A stretch of 12,364 nucleotides of DNA from Vulcanimicrobiota bacterium (GCA_003133025.1 PKZK01000156.1:1-12364); one strand, 5' to 3'. Positions 1-6,499 are shown, counted from the first letter of the stretch. Notes: generated from the letters alone by a model not told the origin. A program made the numbers and translations.

Positions 1-347
1 GTGTACGGGGTGTCGATCTCGTTGGCCGAGAGATACGGGCCCGAATTGTAGCCGATGACGCTGACGACCATGCCGGGCGCGAGGGTCAAACCGGTCGGGT
101 TGATGATCGTGCCTTGGTGGAGTTGGATGTTGTCGATGAAGCCGCGCTCGTCGCGGACCGTCATCGTATACGCGCCGTCGAAGCTCGCGACGCGGCCGTG
201 GATGTTCTCCTCGCCGTCGGCGGGCTGGGCGCCGCTGGCGTACGAGGGTACGTCTTGGGCTTGCGCGGCAATCGGAGCCGCGAGGGTTGGGGCCGCTAGG
301 GTTAGGGCCGCTAGCGCGCCGAGGAAGTATTTCATCATGGCTTTCAT
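1..347 (-). CDS. Secreted hypothetical protein (3'-truncated by window edge), signal peptide plus beta-rich domain
   Basis: Manual translation (absent from ORF track because no stop lies in the window): MKAMMKYFLGALAALTLAAPTLAAPIAAQAQDVPSYASGAQPADGEENIHGRVASFDGAYTMTVRDERGFIDNIQLHQGTIINPTGLTLAPGMVVSVIGYNSGPYLSANEIDTPY. Basic N-region, hydrophobic stretch and AQA cleavage motif; G/C-ending codons. Alternative ATGs at 338 and 335. Confidence 0.85.
   Translation of the reverse strand, partial: MKAMMKYFLGALAALTLAAPTLAAPIAAQAQDVPSYASGAQPADGEENIHGRVASFDGAYTMTVRDERGFIDNIQLHQGTIINPTGLTLAPGMVVSVIGYNSGPYLSANEIDTPY
283..312. repeat. 15-bp tandem duplication within the signal peptide coding region
   Basis: AGGGTTGGGGCCGCT (283-297) and AGGGTTAGGGCCGCT (298-312), 1 mismatch; encodes LAALT/LAAPT, followed by a degenerate third unit LAAPI. 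Confidence 0.7.
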
Positions 348-400
348 GCAACGTACCCGGACCGGGCCAAATTATGTGAATTAGATTAAGGAATGGAGAG

Positions 401-422
401 AAAAAGCCTCCTCGTAAAGGGC
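401..422 (-). terminator. Probable intrinsic terminator downstream of the oxygenase beta subunit
   Basis: Minus strand GCCCTT-TACG-AGGAGGC (stem with one bulge and one G-U pair, UNCG-type loop) immediately followed by TTTTT, 22 nt after the stop at 445. Confidence 0.6.
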
Positions 423-444
423 AAGGGACCGGCCGACCTGTGCT

Positions 445-927
445 TCAGAGCGGGAAGTGGGTGCCCAAGCCGAGGTCGCGGGTTTCCAGCCGGACGGTGC
501 GGCTGAGAAAGGTCGCCCGGCCCGCCTCCACCCGAGCGCTGTCGTAGTACTTGCCGAGCGCGAAGAGCGTGGTCACGCCGCCGTCGAGGGTCGTGCGGTA
601 AACTGCGACCGAACTGACCGCATCGTAGTCGCCGTCGTCGCGCTGCGAAACGCGATAGAGCGAGGTGTGCCGGGTGAGCCGCGAACGATCGCTCTGGTGC
701 TTGGGCAGCAGGTCCACGAGATTGAGCATGCCCTGGAGGCCGTGCTCGAGCCATACCATGTCGTGCCTGATCTCGGGGCTAAAGGCCACGATCTTGTAGA
801 CGAACGAGTCGGCGCACAAGGCCAGCCACTCGTTCCAGAGCGACTCGTCGAGCAGTTCGACGCTCTGATACACCAGATCGCCGACCAGATCCAGGTGTTC
901 CCGCGGCGGTGCCGGCTGCGAAAGCAT
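445..927 (-). CDS. Ring-hydroxylating oxygenase beta subunit, methanesulfonate monooxygenase MsmB-like (NTF2/SnoaL-like fold)
   Basis: 160 aa from ATG 927 (or GTG 930) overlapping the alpha-subunit TGA at 927-929. Motifs LLD..LW.EWLALC, FSPEIRHDMVWL, LPKHQSDRSRLTRH, YRTTLDGG..TLFALGKYYD and RTVRLETRDLGLGTHFPL resemble MsmB-type beta subunits as I recall them. Confidence 0.85.
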   Translation of the reverse strand: MLSQPAPPREHLDLVGDLVYQSVELLDESLWNEWLALCADSFVYKIVAFSPEIRHDMVWLEHGLQGMLNLVDLLPKHQSDRSRLTRHTSLYRVSQRDDGDYDAVSSVAVYRTTLDGGVTTLFALGKYYDSARVEAGRATFLSRTVRLETRDLGLGTHFPL

Positions 928-2147
928 CACGACAGATACTCGGCGATCAGCGGCGCGTCGAGTTGCGGCAGCGGATAGGGATCGTGCGCTTGCCGGCCCA
1001 TGCGCCGGCTCCACTCGGCATAGAAGGCACGCATGCCGACCTCATCGTGAATCGTGTCGTTCTCTTCGCGCGCCTGTACGATGAACGTCTGGCCGCTACC
1101 CCGCGCGAGGCCTTGTCCGTGCACCGCGAGTTGATCTTCGTGCAGGTTGCGCCCGAACGGACCCCAGATCGAATTGTAGTCGCGAATGCGTAATGCGCGT
1201 TCGGCCGGCGTATCGCGTAAGAGGCCGAGGCCACGGTATTCGATGGCAACCTTGCCCGGCGCGAGCGGCACGACCGAATCGACGCGCATCGAGGAGCCGC
1301 GCACGTTATAGGCCATGCCCGGGAACAGGATCGTCAGCTTCCATTGGTTGGGTTCGAGCGTCGGGAAGGTGAGCGTCCGATTCTCACCGCCCTTATACGC
1401 TTCGTACTCCACGATCTGATCGCCGACGACCACGTGCCCGTTGCGGAACGGCAAATACTTCCGCTCGAAATAGCCTTGCTGGAGCATGCTCGTCTGACGA
1501 TTGAAATAGTGGATGTAGTCGTGATAGAACTCGGAGTTCGTATCGTTCCAAAATTTCCAGTTGGTGTGCGCGATCACGCGATGGAACGAGAACACCTCGA
1601 GCGGCTCGCTGCCCAGGCAGCCGCGCATGCCGTCGAGCGCTTCCCCGATGTAATCGGCTAGGCTTTCCGCGCGGTCGTCGAGATTCACCCAGACGAAGCC
1701 GCCGAAGTCGACTTCCGTACGCACCGCGCGCAAACCGAAATCGGCTTTGCAAAGCCGCTCTTGATAGCCTTCGCGCTCGCGCGGGATGCCGATGCAGCGG
1801 CCCTGCGTGTCGAACGACCACTGATGGAAGATGCAGGTCAGGCTCGCGCCGTTGCCCGCCGGTTCGTAGACGATCGTGTTGCCGCGATGCGGGCAAACGT
1901 TGTAGAACGCGCGCGGGCCGGAATCGCCCCGGACGACGACGAGATTGGCGCCGGCGGGATGCGCGACGGTTCGAAAGTCGCCGCGCTTCGGCAGTTCGCT
2001 CTGGTGGCAAGCAACGAACCAGGAGCTCGCGAAGATCCGCTCTTTCTCCTCGGCGAAGAGCCGCTCGTCGGTGTAGAGTCGCGCATCGACGTAGTGTGAT
2101 GGCGGCAGCGACGGACGCTGCGTCCATTGAGACCCGGAACGCGACAC
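927..2147 (-). CDS. Rieske non-heme iron oxygenase alpha subunit, methanesulfonate monooxygenase MsmA-like
   Basis: Rieske motif CPH-x17-CIFH; mononuclear iron region NWKFWNDTNSEFYHDYIH and C-terminal EDQ; N-terminal LYTDERLFAEEKERIF...W. GTG start with AAGGGAG SD 7 nt upstream. The DTNSEFYHDY.HYFNR segment is recalled as typical of MsmA-like proteins. Confidence 0.92.
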   Translation of the reverse strand: MSRSGSQWTQRPSLPPSHYVDARLYTDERLFAEEKERIFASSWFVACHQSELPKRGDFRTVAHPAGANLVVVRGDSGPRAFYNVCPHRGNTIVYEPAGNGASLTCIFHQWSFDTQGRCIGIPREREGYQERLCKADFGLRAVRTEVDFGGFVWVNLDDRAESLADYIGEALDGMRGCLGSEPLEVFSFHRVIAHTNWKFWNDTNSEFYHDYIHYFNRQTSMLQQGYFERKYLPFRNGHVVVGDQIVEYEAYKGGENRTLTFPTLEPNQWKLTILFPGMAYNVRGSSMRVDSVVPLAPGKVAIEYRGLGLLRDTPAERALRIRDYNSIWGPFGRNLHEDQLAVHGQGLARGSGQTFIVQAREENDTIHDEVGMRAFYAEWSRRMGRQAHDPYPLPQLDAPLIAEYLS

Positions 2148-2154
2148 GACTGAG

Positions 2155-2173
2155 CTCCCTTCTCTCGAAGGAG
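2155..2173 (-). promoter_or_regulatory. Hairpin overlapping the Shine-Dalgarno sequence of the Rieske alpha gene
   Basis: mRNA CUCCUUC-GAGA-GAAGGGAG; GNRA loop, and the 3' arm contains the SD. Confidence 0.4.
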
Positions 2174-2200
2174 ACTTTCCACGAAGTATACTTTTACTTA

Positions 2201-2821
2201 CTATGGTGCCGTTGGGTTGTCAATGGCCTTTGCCGCCGTTGCGGCTTGCCGTTCGCGAAAGCGCTTGACCTTATCGCGATTGCCGCACAAACCGGCGTTG
2301 CACCAGCGCGAACAGCCGTTCTTCGAACGATCGTAGTAGGCCCACAGACAGGCCGGATCGGCGCAGGCCTTCAACTTGCCCCAACTCCGGTCGAGCATCG
2401 CGCGGTGGACCGCCGCCAAGAGCACGCCGATGGCGCCGTCGACGCACGGCTGACGGGGCTTGAGCGAACTGTCGCCGCCCGCGAAATCCAGCAGCAGGCC
2501 GCTGCGTTCCGCCGCCGCGTTGAGCACGCGGGCGTCGCATTCGCAGTCGACGCCGTTGTTGCGCAGACAGAACGCCCGCAGCACCTCGCGGACCGCCAGC
2601 GCCCGGGCGACGTCTTCGTCGGTCGCGTCGATCTTGGGGTCGAGCAAACCGCGGTCGCGCAGCCAGGCGGTCAGGCCGGCTGGGGTATCCACCGCATCGG
2701 TGCGCCGCTCGACGTTGCGGGTGTTGACGAAGGCCCGGACCAGTTCCAGGTCGCCGGGCGCCGGGGGTCGCGCCTCGACGACCGGACCGCCGGGGAATTG
2801 CCCCGGTGTGGAATCTTTCAC
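2201..2821 (-). CDS. ABATE domain / CGNR zinc-finger protein, putative transcriptional regulator
   Basis: N-terminal LELVRAFVNT (ABATE-like); C-terminal CADPAC-x4-DRSKNGCSRWC-x4-CGNRDKVKRFRER zinc finger. GTG start lies 6 nt downstream of a -10 box (leaderless). Confidence 0.93.
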   Translation of the reverse strand: MKDSTPGQFPGGPVVEARPPAPGDLELVRAFVNTRNVERRTDAVDTPAGLTAWLRDRGLLDPKIDATDEDVARALAVREVLRAFCLRNNGVDCECDARVLNAAAERSGLLLDFAGGDSSLKPRQPCVDGAIGVLLAAVHRAMLDRSWGKLKACADPACLWAYYDRSKNGCSRWCNAGLCGNRDKVKRFRERQAATAAKAIDNPTAP

Positions 2822-2827
2822 GCGCCT

Positions 2828-2856
2828 AGCCTAACACCAGCAAAGCCATTTGACAA
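2828..2856 (-). promoter_or_regulatory. sigma70-type promoter for a leaderless CGNR gene transcript
   Basis: Minus strand TTGTCA (2856-2851), 17-nt spacer ending in TGT (extended -10), TAGGCT (2833-2828), 6 nt, then GTG at 2821. Confidence 0.7.
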
Positions 2857-2891
2857 GTTACCGTAACGACTGTAGAATGTTCACAAGTTAC
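2832..2891. promoter_or_regulatory. Candidate tandem operator sites (TAAC-N19/21-GTTA)
   Basis: TAAC(2832-35)-N21-GTTA(2857-60) and TAAC(2864-67)-N19-GTTA(2887-90). Both end in the direct repeat ACAAGTTAC (2853-2861, 2883-2891). The first contains the inner palindrome CAAA-gcca-TTTG. Confidence 0.5.
2850..2878 (+). promoter_or_regulatory. Near-consensus sigma70-type promoter for the small ORF
   Basis: TTGACA (2850-2855), 17-nt spacer, TAGAAT (2873-2878), in an AT-enriched intergenic region of a GC-rich genome. Confidence 0.75.
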
Positions 2892-2947
2892 TCACACACC
2901 CCTCCGGTTTTGACCAAAGGTCTCCTACCCCGATGCTCGAGGATGCC

Positions 2948-3115
2948 ATGTCCGCCCAAGTCCACGAACTCCACGCCGCGCGCCGTCGCGAAGCCGAAGT
3001 CTACCGTCAGATGATCGACGCGGCTCCGCTGCGCTTCCGGCGCCGCTCGCTCGACGACACCCGCCGTTCCGTCGCCAAGGCCCTGATCCGCCTGGCCGGC
3101 GCGATCGCCCCGTAA
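2948..3115 (+). CDS. Small hypothetical protein (~55 aa, helical, Arg/Ala-rich)
   Basis: MSAQVHELHAARRREAEVYRQ...RRSVAKALIRLAGAIAP; GAGGA SD at 2939-2943; strong promoter upstream; codons end almost all in G/C. Alternative start ATG 2933. Confidence 0.7.
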   Translation: MSAQVHELHAARRREAEVYRQMIDAAPLRFRRRSLDDTRRSVAKALIRLAGAIAP

Positions 3116-3138
3116 CTCCTCGGAAGGGAGCAAGCGTA

Positions 3139-3161
3139 ACTCGGTCAGCGATTGACCGAGT
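3139..3161. terminator. Hairpin between convergent genes, possible terminator
   Basis: Perfect 9-bp inverted repeat ACTCGGTCA-gcgat-TGACCGAGT overlapping the stop codon at 3145-3147; no clear U-tract. Confidence 0.4.
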
Positions 3162-3501
3162 GGACGATGCTCACCCAAAGGGGAGCGACGTAGGCCGCCA
3201 CCGCCCGAAAGGGGATGTCGGGGTCGACCAGCTTCGATATCTTGAAGAAGACGTACACGGCGAAGAACGCGGCGGCGAACACCGCCTGAGCCCGCTGCGA
3301 ACTCGGCGAATCGGTGCGAAACGCCGGTATGACGAGCGCGATGAACGCCAAGATGATCAGGATAAAACGCAGCGACGTCCGGAACGACGGGTCCCAAAGG
3401 GGCCCGTTCGGCATTGCCGACACTTGGTCGGCGATGCCGTAGAGAAAAATCGCTATTCCATACGCAACCACGACTGTTGCGGCGATCGATAGGACCCGCA
3501 T
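3145..3501 (-). CDS. Hypothetical integral membrane protein (3-4 TM segments)
   Basis: Hydrophobic stretches VLSIAATVVVAYGIAIFLYGIA, FILIILAFIALVIPAF, AVFAAAFFAVYVFF and AVAAYVAPLWVSIV. Start uncertain: ATG 3501 or GTG 3513; TTG 3573 would leave no room for the divergent alr promoter. Confidence 0.65.
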   Translation of the reverse strand: MRVLSIAATVVVAYGIAIFLYGIADQVSAMPNGPLWDPSFRTSLRFILIILAFIALVIPAFRTDSPSSQRAQAVFAAAFFAVYVFFKISKLVDPDIPFRAVAAYVAPLWVSIVHSVNR

Positions 3502-3575
3502 AACCAGGCGCACGCGTGCAAACTTCGCTTCCCGCCCGGAGAACCTTCGCACGACCGCGTCGAATACGGCCAAGT

Positions 3576-4718
3576 GTGTTGGCTGAACTGACGATCGATC
3601 TCGACGCCGTCCGCACGAACGCCGCGCGCCTGCGCGCCTTGATCCGGCCGGCGAACCTCGGAGCGGTCGTCAAAGCAAACGGATACGGACACGGACTGCG
3701 CGCGGTCGCCCGCGCGCTCGCGGGCATCGCGGACGGTTTCTGCGTCTATCGGGTCGATGAAGGCCTGGCCTTGCGCGACGAGGGCGTGACCGAGCCGATC
3801 CTCGTGCTCGGGCCCGTCGAGAGCGCGGAACTTGCGCCGGCGCTGGCCGCGCGCCTGGGCGTGCCGCTCTGGGACGACGGCGCCTTCCGGCGCGACGTGG
3901 AGCGCACGGCGCGCGCTGCGGGCGCGCGCTTTCCGGTGCACGCCAAGATCGATACGGGCGTCACACGCCTCGGGCTCGACGCGAACGGCGCGGGAGCGGT
4001 GCTCGCGTCGTATCTCGCCGACGAAGCGCTCGAAGTGCGCGGCGCCTACACCCATCTCGCCGCTGCCGAAGAACTCGAGTCCGATTTCACGCTGGCCCAA
4101 CTGGAACGCTTTCGCGCGGCGCTCGAACCCGTCGAGGCGACGCTGCGCGCACGCGGCGCGCGCCTGCACGCGGCTGCATCGGCCGCGGCCATTCTCTATC
4201 CCGCGCTGCGTCTGGACCTCGTTCGCGCGGGCATCGCGCTCTACGGCATTTGGCCCTCGGCCGCGACGCGCAGTGCGGCCGGCGACGCGATCGCGCTCGA
4301 GCCCGCGTTGACCTGGACGACGCCGCTGGTGGTGGTGCGCGAGGTCGAAGCGGGACGCGCCGTCGGGTACGGCTGCACCTTCCACACCGAACGGGCCTCG
4401 CGCATCGGCGTCGTGCCGATCGGCTATGCCGAAGGGCTGCCGCGCGCGCTTTCCAATCGCGGCGAGGCGCTCGTTGGCGGACGCCGCGTGCCCTTCGTCG
4501 GCAGGGTATGCATGAACATGGCCTTTATCGACGTGACCGGCGTGCCCGAGGCGCGCGCGGGCACTACCGTCACCTTGCTCGGACGCGACGGCAACGAACG
4601 CATCGATCCGGAGCAACTGGCCGATCGCGCCGGAACGATCGGCTACGAAATCGTCGCGCGGTTGCCCGCCGACATGCCCCGGCGCTATCTCGAAGCCGCG
4701 GTGGGGCAAGCGCGATGA
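3576..4718 (+). CDS. alr: Alanine racemase
   Basis: PLP-lysine motif AVVKANGYGHG, HAKIDTGVTRLG, YTHLA, VRAGIALYG, catalytic Tyr in VGYG, IGYAEG, GRVCMNM, TIGYEIV. Start set at GTG 3576 just before AELTIDLDA. Confidence 0.96.
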   Translation: MLAELTIDLDAVRTNAARLRALIRPANLGAVVKANGYGHGLRAVARALAGIADGFCVYRVDEGLALRDEGVTEPILVLGPVESAELAPALAARLGVPLWDDGAFRRDVERTARAAGARFPVHAKIDTGVTRLGLDANGAGAVLASYLADEALEVRGAYTHLAAAEELESDFTLAQLERFRAALEPVEATLRARGARLHAAASAAAILYPALRLDLVRAGIALYGIWPSAATRSAAGDAIALEPALTWTTPLVVVREVEAGRAVGYGCTFHTERASRIGVVPIGYAEGLPRALSNRGEALVGGRRVPFVGRVCMNMAFIDVTGVPEARAGTTVTLLGRDGNERIDPEQLADRAGTIGYEIVARLPADMPRRYLEAAVGQAR

Positions 4719-5758
4719 TCGACGTGCACGTGAACGGGCGACCGCTGCAACCGCCGGCGACGCCGCTGGTGGAACGCTCGCGCGTGTTGCTGCCCTTGCG
4801 CACCGTCTTCACCGCGCTCGGCGCGGCGGTCCGCTACGATCCGCGCACCGGCCACATCGACGTGCATCGCGGCTTGCACTTCTTGCGCGTCACCGCAGGC
4901 TCGCGCCAAGCGTACGTCGACAACGCGCCGGTCACGCTCGACGTGCCGCCGCTCGAACACGACGGCATCACCTATTTGCCGTTGCGGTTCGTGGCCGAGT
5001 CGCTGGGCGGGCACGTGCGCTATCTTCCGCAGCGCAATCTGATTGCAATCGAAGATTCACAGGCGCCGGGCAGTTCGCCCACGCGCGTGCTGCGCCACGC
5101 GGCAGCCTTCCCTCCGGCCTCGGCGGCCGCAGGCGGGCCGCCGACCGTCGACTACCGTCATCCCGCGCCGGGAGAGTTCGTCACGAGCGCGTTTCCTTCG
5201 ATCTCCGCTTTGATTCGCACGCACGCCGGAACGGCCGCGACCGTTTCGAGCCTGCGCTTCTATTTGGACGGCCAGGATCTCACCGGCGCGCTCACCGTCG
5301 CACCGGGCGCGATCGCGTACACGCCCGCGAACGCGCTCGCCCCGGGCTCGCACCAAGTTGCGCTTCGCGGTTTCGATACGAGCGCGCACGTCTTTTCGTC
5401 GGTCTGGACGTTCGTGGTGACGCAGCCGCCCGCGGGCGCGCCGCCGGGCGTCGTCGGCTATCAGACGCCGGCGTTCTCGGCGCGCGGCACGCAGGTAACC
5501 GCGCCGGGCGGCACGCTGCAATTCGGTTTGGCCACCACCGTTCCGGGTGGCGGGTACGTCACGCTCTGCGGATACAGCCGACAGTATCCGCTGGTGGCGG
5601 GCAACGACGCGTATCACTATCTCGCGACCGTCGCACCGCCGATCGGCTTCTTCGCGCCGCTCTGCCGCGTGGACGCATACTTCGTCGACAGCAACGGCCT
5701 GACGAGCGTCTTCACGCTGAACACGCCGGTCAGCATCGACACGCGACCCAAGCCCTAG
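4715..5758 (+). CDS. Copper amine oxidase N-terminal (stalk) domain protein with C-terminal Ig-like domains
   Basis: ATGA overlap with the alr stop. IDVHVNG...RVLLPLRTVFTALGAAVRYD...AYVDNAPVTLDVPP...TYLPLRFVAESLG matches the PF07833-type pattern. It is followed by a Pro/Ala linker and a beta-sandwich segment (P.PG..V....P.IS...LDGQD...YTP...L.PGSHQV...WTF). Confidence 0.85.
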   Translation: MIDVHVNGRPLQPPATPLVERSRVLLPLRTVFTALGAAVRYDPRTGHIDVHRGLHFLRVTAGSRQAYVDNAPVTLDVPPLEHDGITYLPLRFVAESLGGHVRYLPQRNLIAIEDSQAPGSSPTRVLRHAAAFPPASAAAGGPPTVDYRHPAPGEFVTSAFPSISALIRTHAGTAATVSSLRFYLDGQDLTGALTVAPGAIAYTPANALAPGSHQVALRGFDTSAHVFSSVWTFVVTQPPAGAPPGVVGYQTPAFSARGTQVTAPGGTLQFGLATTVPGGGYVTLCGYSRQYPLVAGNDAYHYLATVAPPIGFFAPLCRVDAYFVDSNGLTSVFTLNTPVSIDTRPKP

Positions 5759-5773
5759 ATATCGAGAGCGCGC

Positions 5774-6499
5774 TCAAGCCAGCGCCGCGAGCGCCTCGGC
5801 GAGATCGAGCGTGCCTTCGTAGAGCGCGCGTCCGACGATCGCCTGATCCACGTTCGCGGGCGTAGCCGCGCGCAAGGCGCGCAAGTCGGCGACATCCCGT
5901 GCACCGCCGCTCGCGGTAAATTTTAGGGGAAAGGCTGCGGCGGCGACCGCGAGCGCGGCGTAATCGTAGCCCGTGCCCGAGCCGTCGCGCGAGATCTCCG
6001 TCACCACCACGCGCTCGATGCCCCACGACTGGACTTCGCGCAAGAGGTCGTCGCGCTGGACGCCGCCCCGGCTCTGCCAGCCGCGCACGGCGACCTGCGT
6101 GCCGCGCGCGTCGACGCCCGCAACGATGCGCGTGCCGAAAAGCTCGACCAATGCGCGCGCAGCGTCCGGCGCTTCGACCAGCAACGTTCCGACGATCGCA
6201 AACGCGGCGCCCGCCTCGAACCGCGCGCGCACCGCGGCCTCGTCGCGCAGGCCGCCGCCGGTCTGCACGGGCACGTCGACGGCCGCGCAGATCGCGCGCA
6301 GCGCGTCGAGATTCTCGCCCGTGCCGAAGGCGCCGTCGAGATCGACGACGTGCAAACGTTGCGCGCCCGCGGCCACGAACGCACGCGCGCGATCGACGGG
6401 ATCGCCGTCGTAGCGCGTCTCGCGCGCAGGATCGCCGTAGAGCAGACGCACGCACTTCCCGCCGCGCAGATCGATGGCCGGCACGATGGTCAGGCTCAC
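5774..6499 (-). CDS. hisA: ProFAR isomerase (histidine biosynthesis)
   Basis: IVPAIDLRGGKCVRL, LHVVDLDGAFG, QTGGGLR, GVDAR, ISRDG, ASGG, AIVGRALYEG. GTG 6499 overlaps the hisH TGA (GTGA). Confidence 0.95.
   Translation of the reverse strand: MSLTIVPAIDLRGGKCVRLLYGDPARETRYDGDPVDRARAFVAAGAQRLHVVDLDGAFGTGENLDALRAICAAVDVPVQTGGGLRDEAAVRARFEAGAAFAIVGTLLVEAPDAARALVELFGTRIVAGVDARGTQVAVRGWQSRGGVQRDDLLREVQSWGIERVVVTEISRDGSGTGYDYAALAVAAAAFPLKFTASGGARDVADLRALRAATPANVDQAIVGRALYEGTLDLAEALAALA

Noticed and set aside
55..384. Plus-strand ORFs 55..384 and 114..299
   Set aside because: Antisense shadows of the minus-strand secreted protein, which has a clear signal peptide and better codon bias.
928..1014. 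N-terminal extension of the beta subunit in the ORF track (start 1014)
   Set aside because: Overlaps the alpha subunit C-terminus; the stop/start overlap at 927-930 is the natural start.
2853..2891. ACAAGTTAC repeats as a CRISPR or transposon-end remnant
   Set aside because: Only two 9-bp copies, with no cas, transposase or integrase gene in the window; better explained as operator elements.
2911..2919. TGACCAAAG occurring here and on the minus strand at 8960-8952, both intergenic
   Set aside because: A single 9-mer match with no extended similarity or symmetry; likely chance.
3453..4709. 418-aa minus-strand ORF and the many other long antisense or alternate-frame ORFs (e.g. 2096..2866, 7700..8929, 6151..6924)
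   Set aside because: They fully overlap well-supported genes, are Arg/Ala/Gly-rich with no motifs, and are expected in GC-rich DNA with few stop codons.
4250..4714. 155-residue upstream extension of the stalk-domain ORF
   Set aside because: Out-of-frame overlap with alr, low-complexity Arg-rich; the domain begins at ATG 4715.
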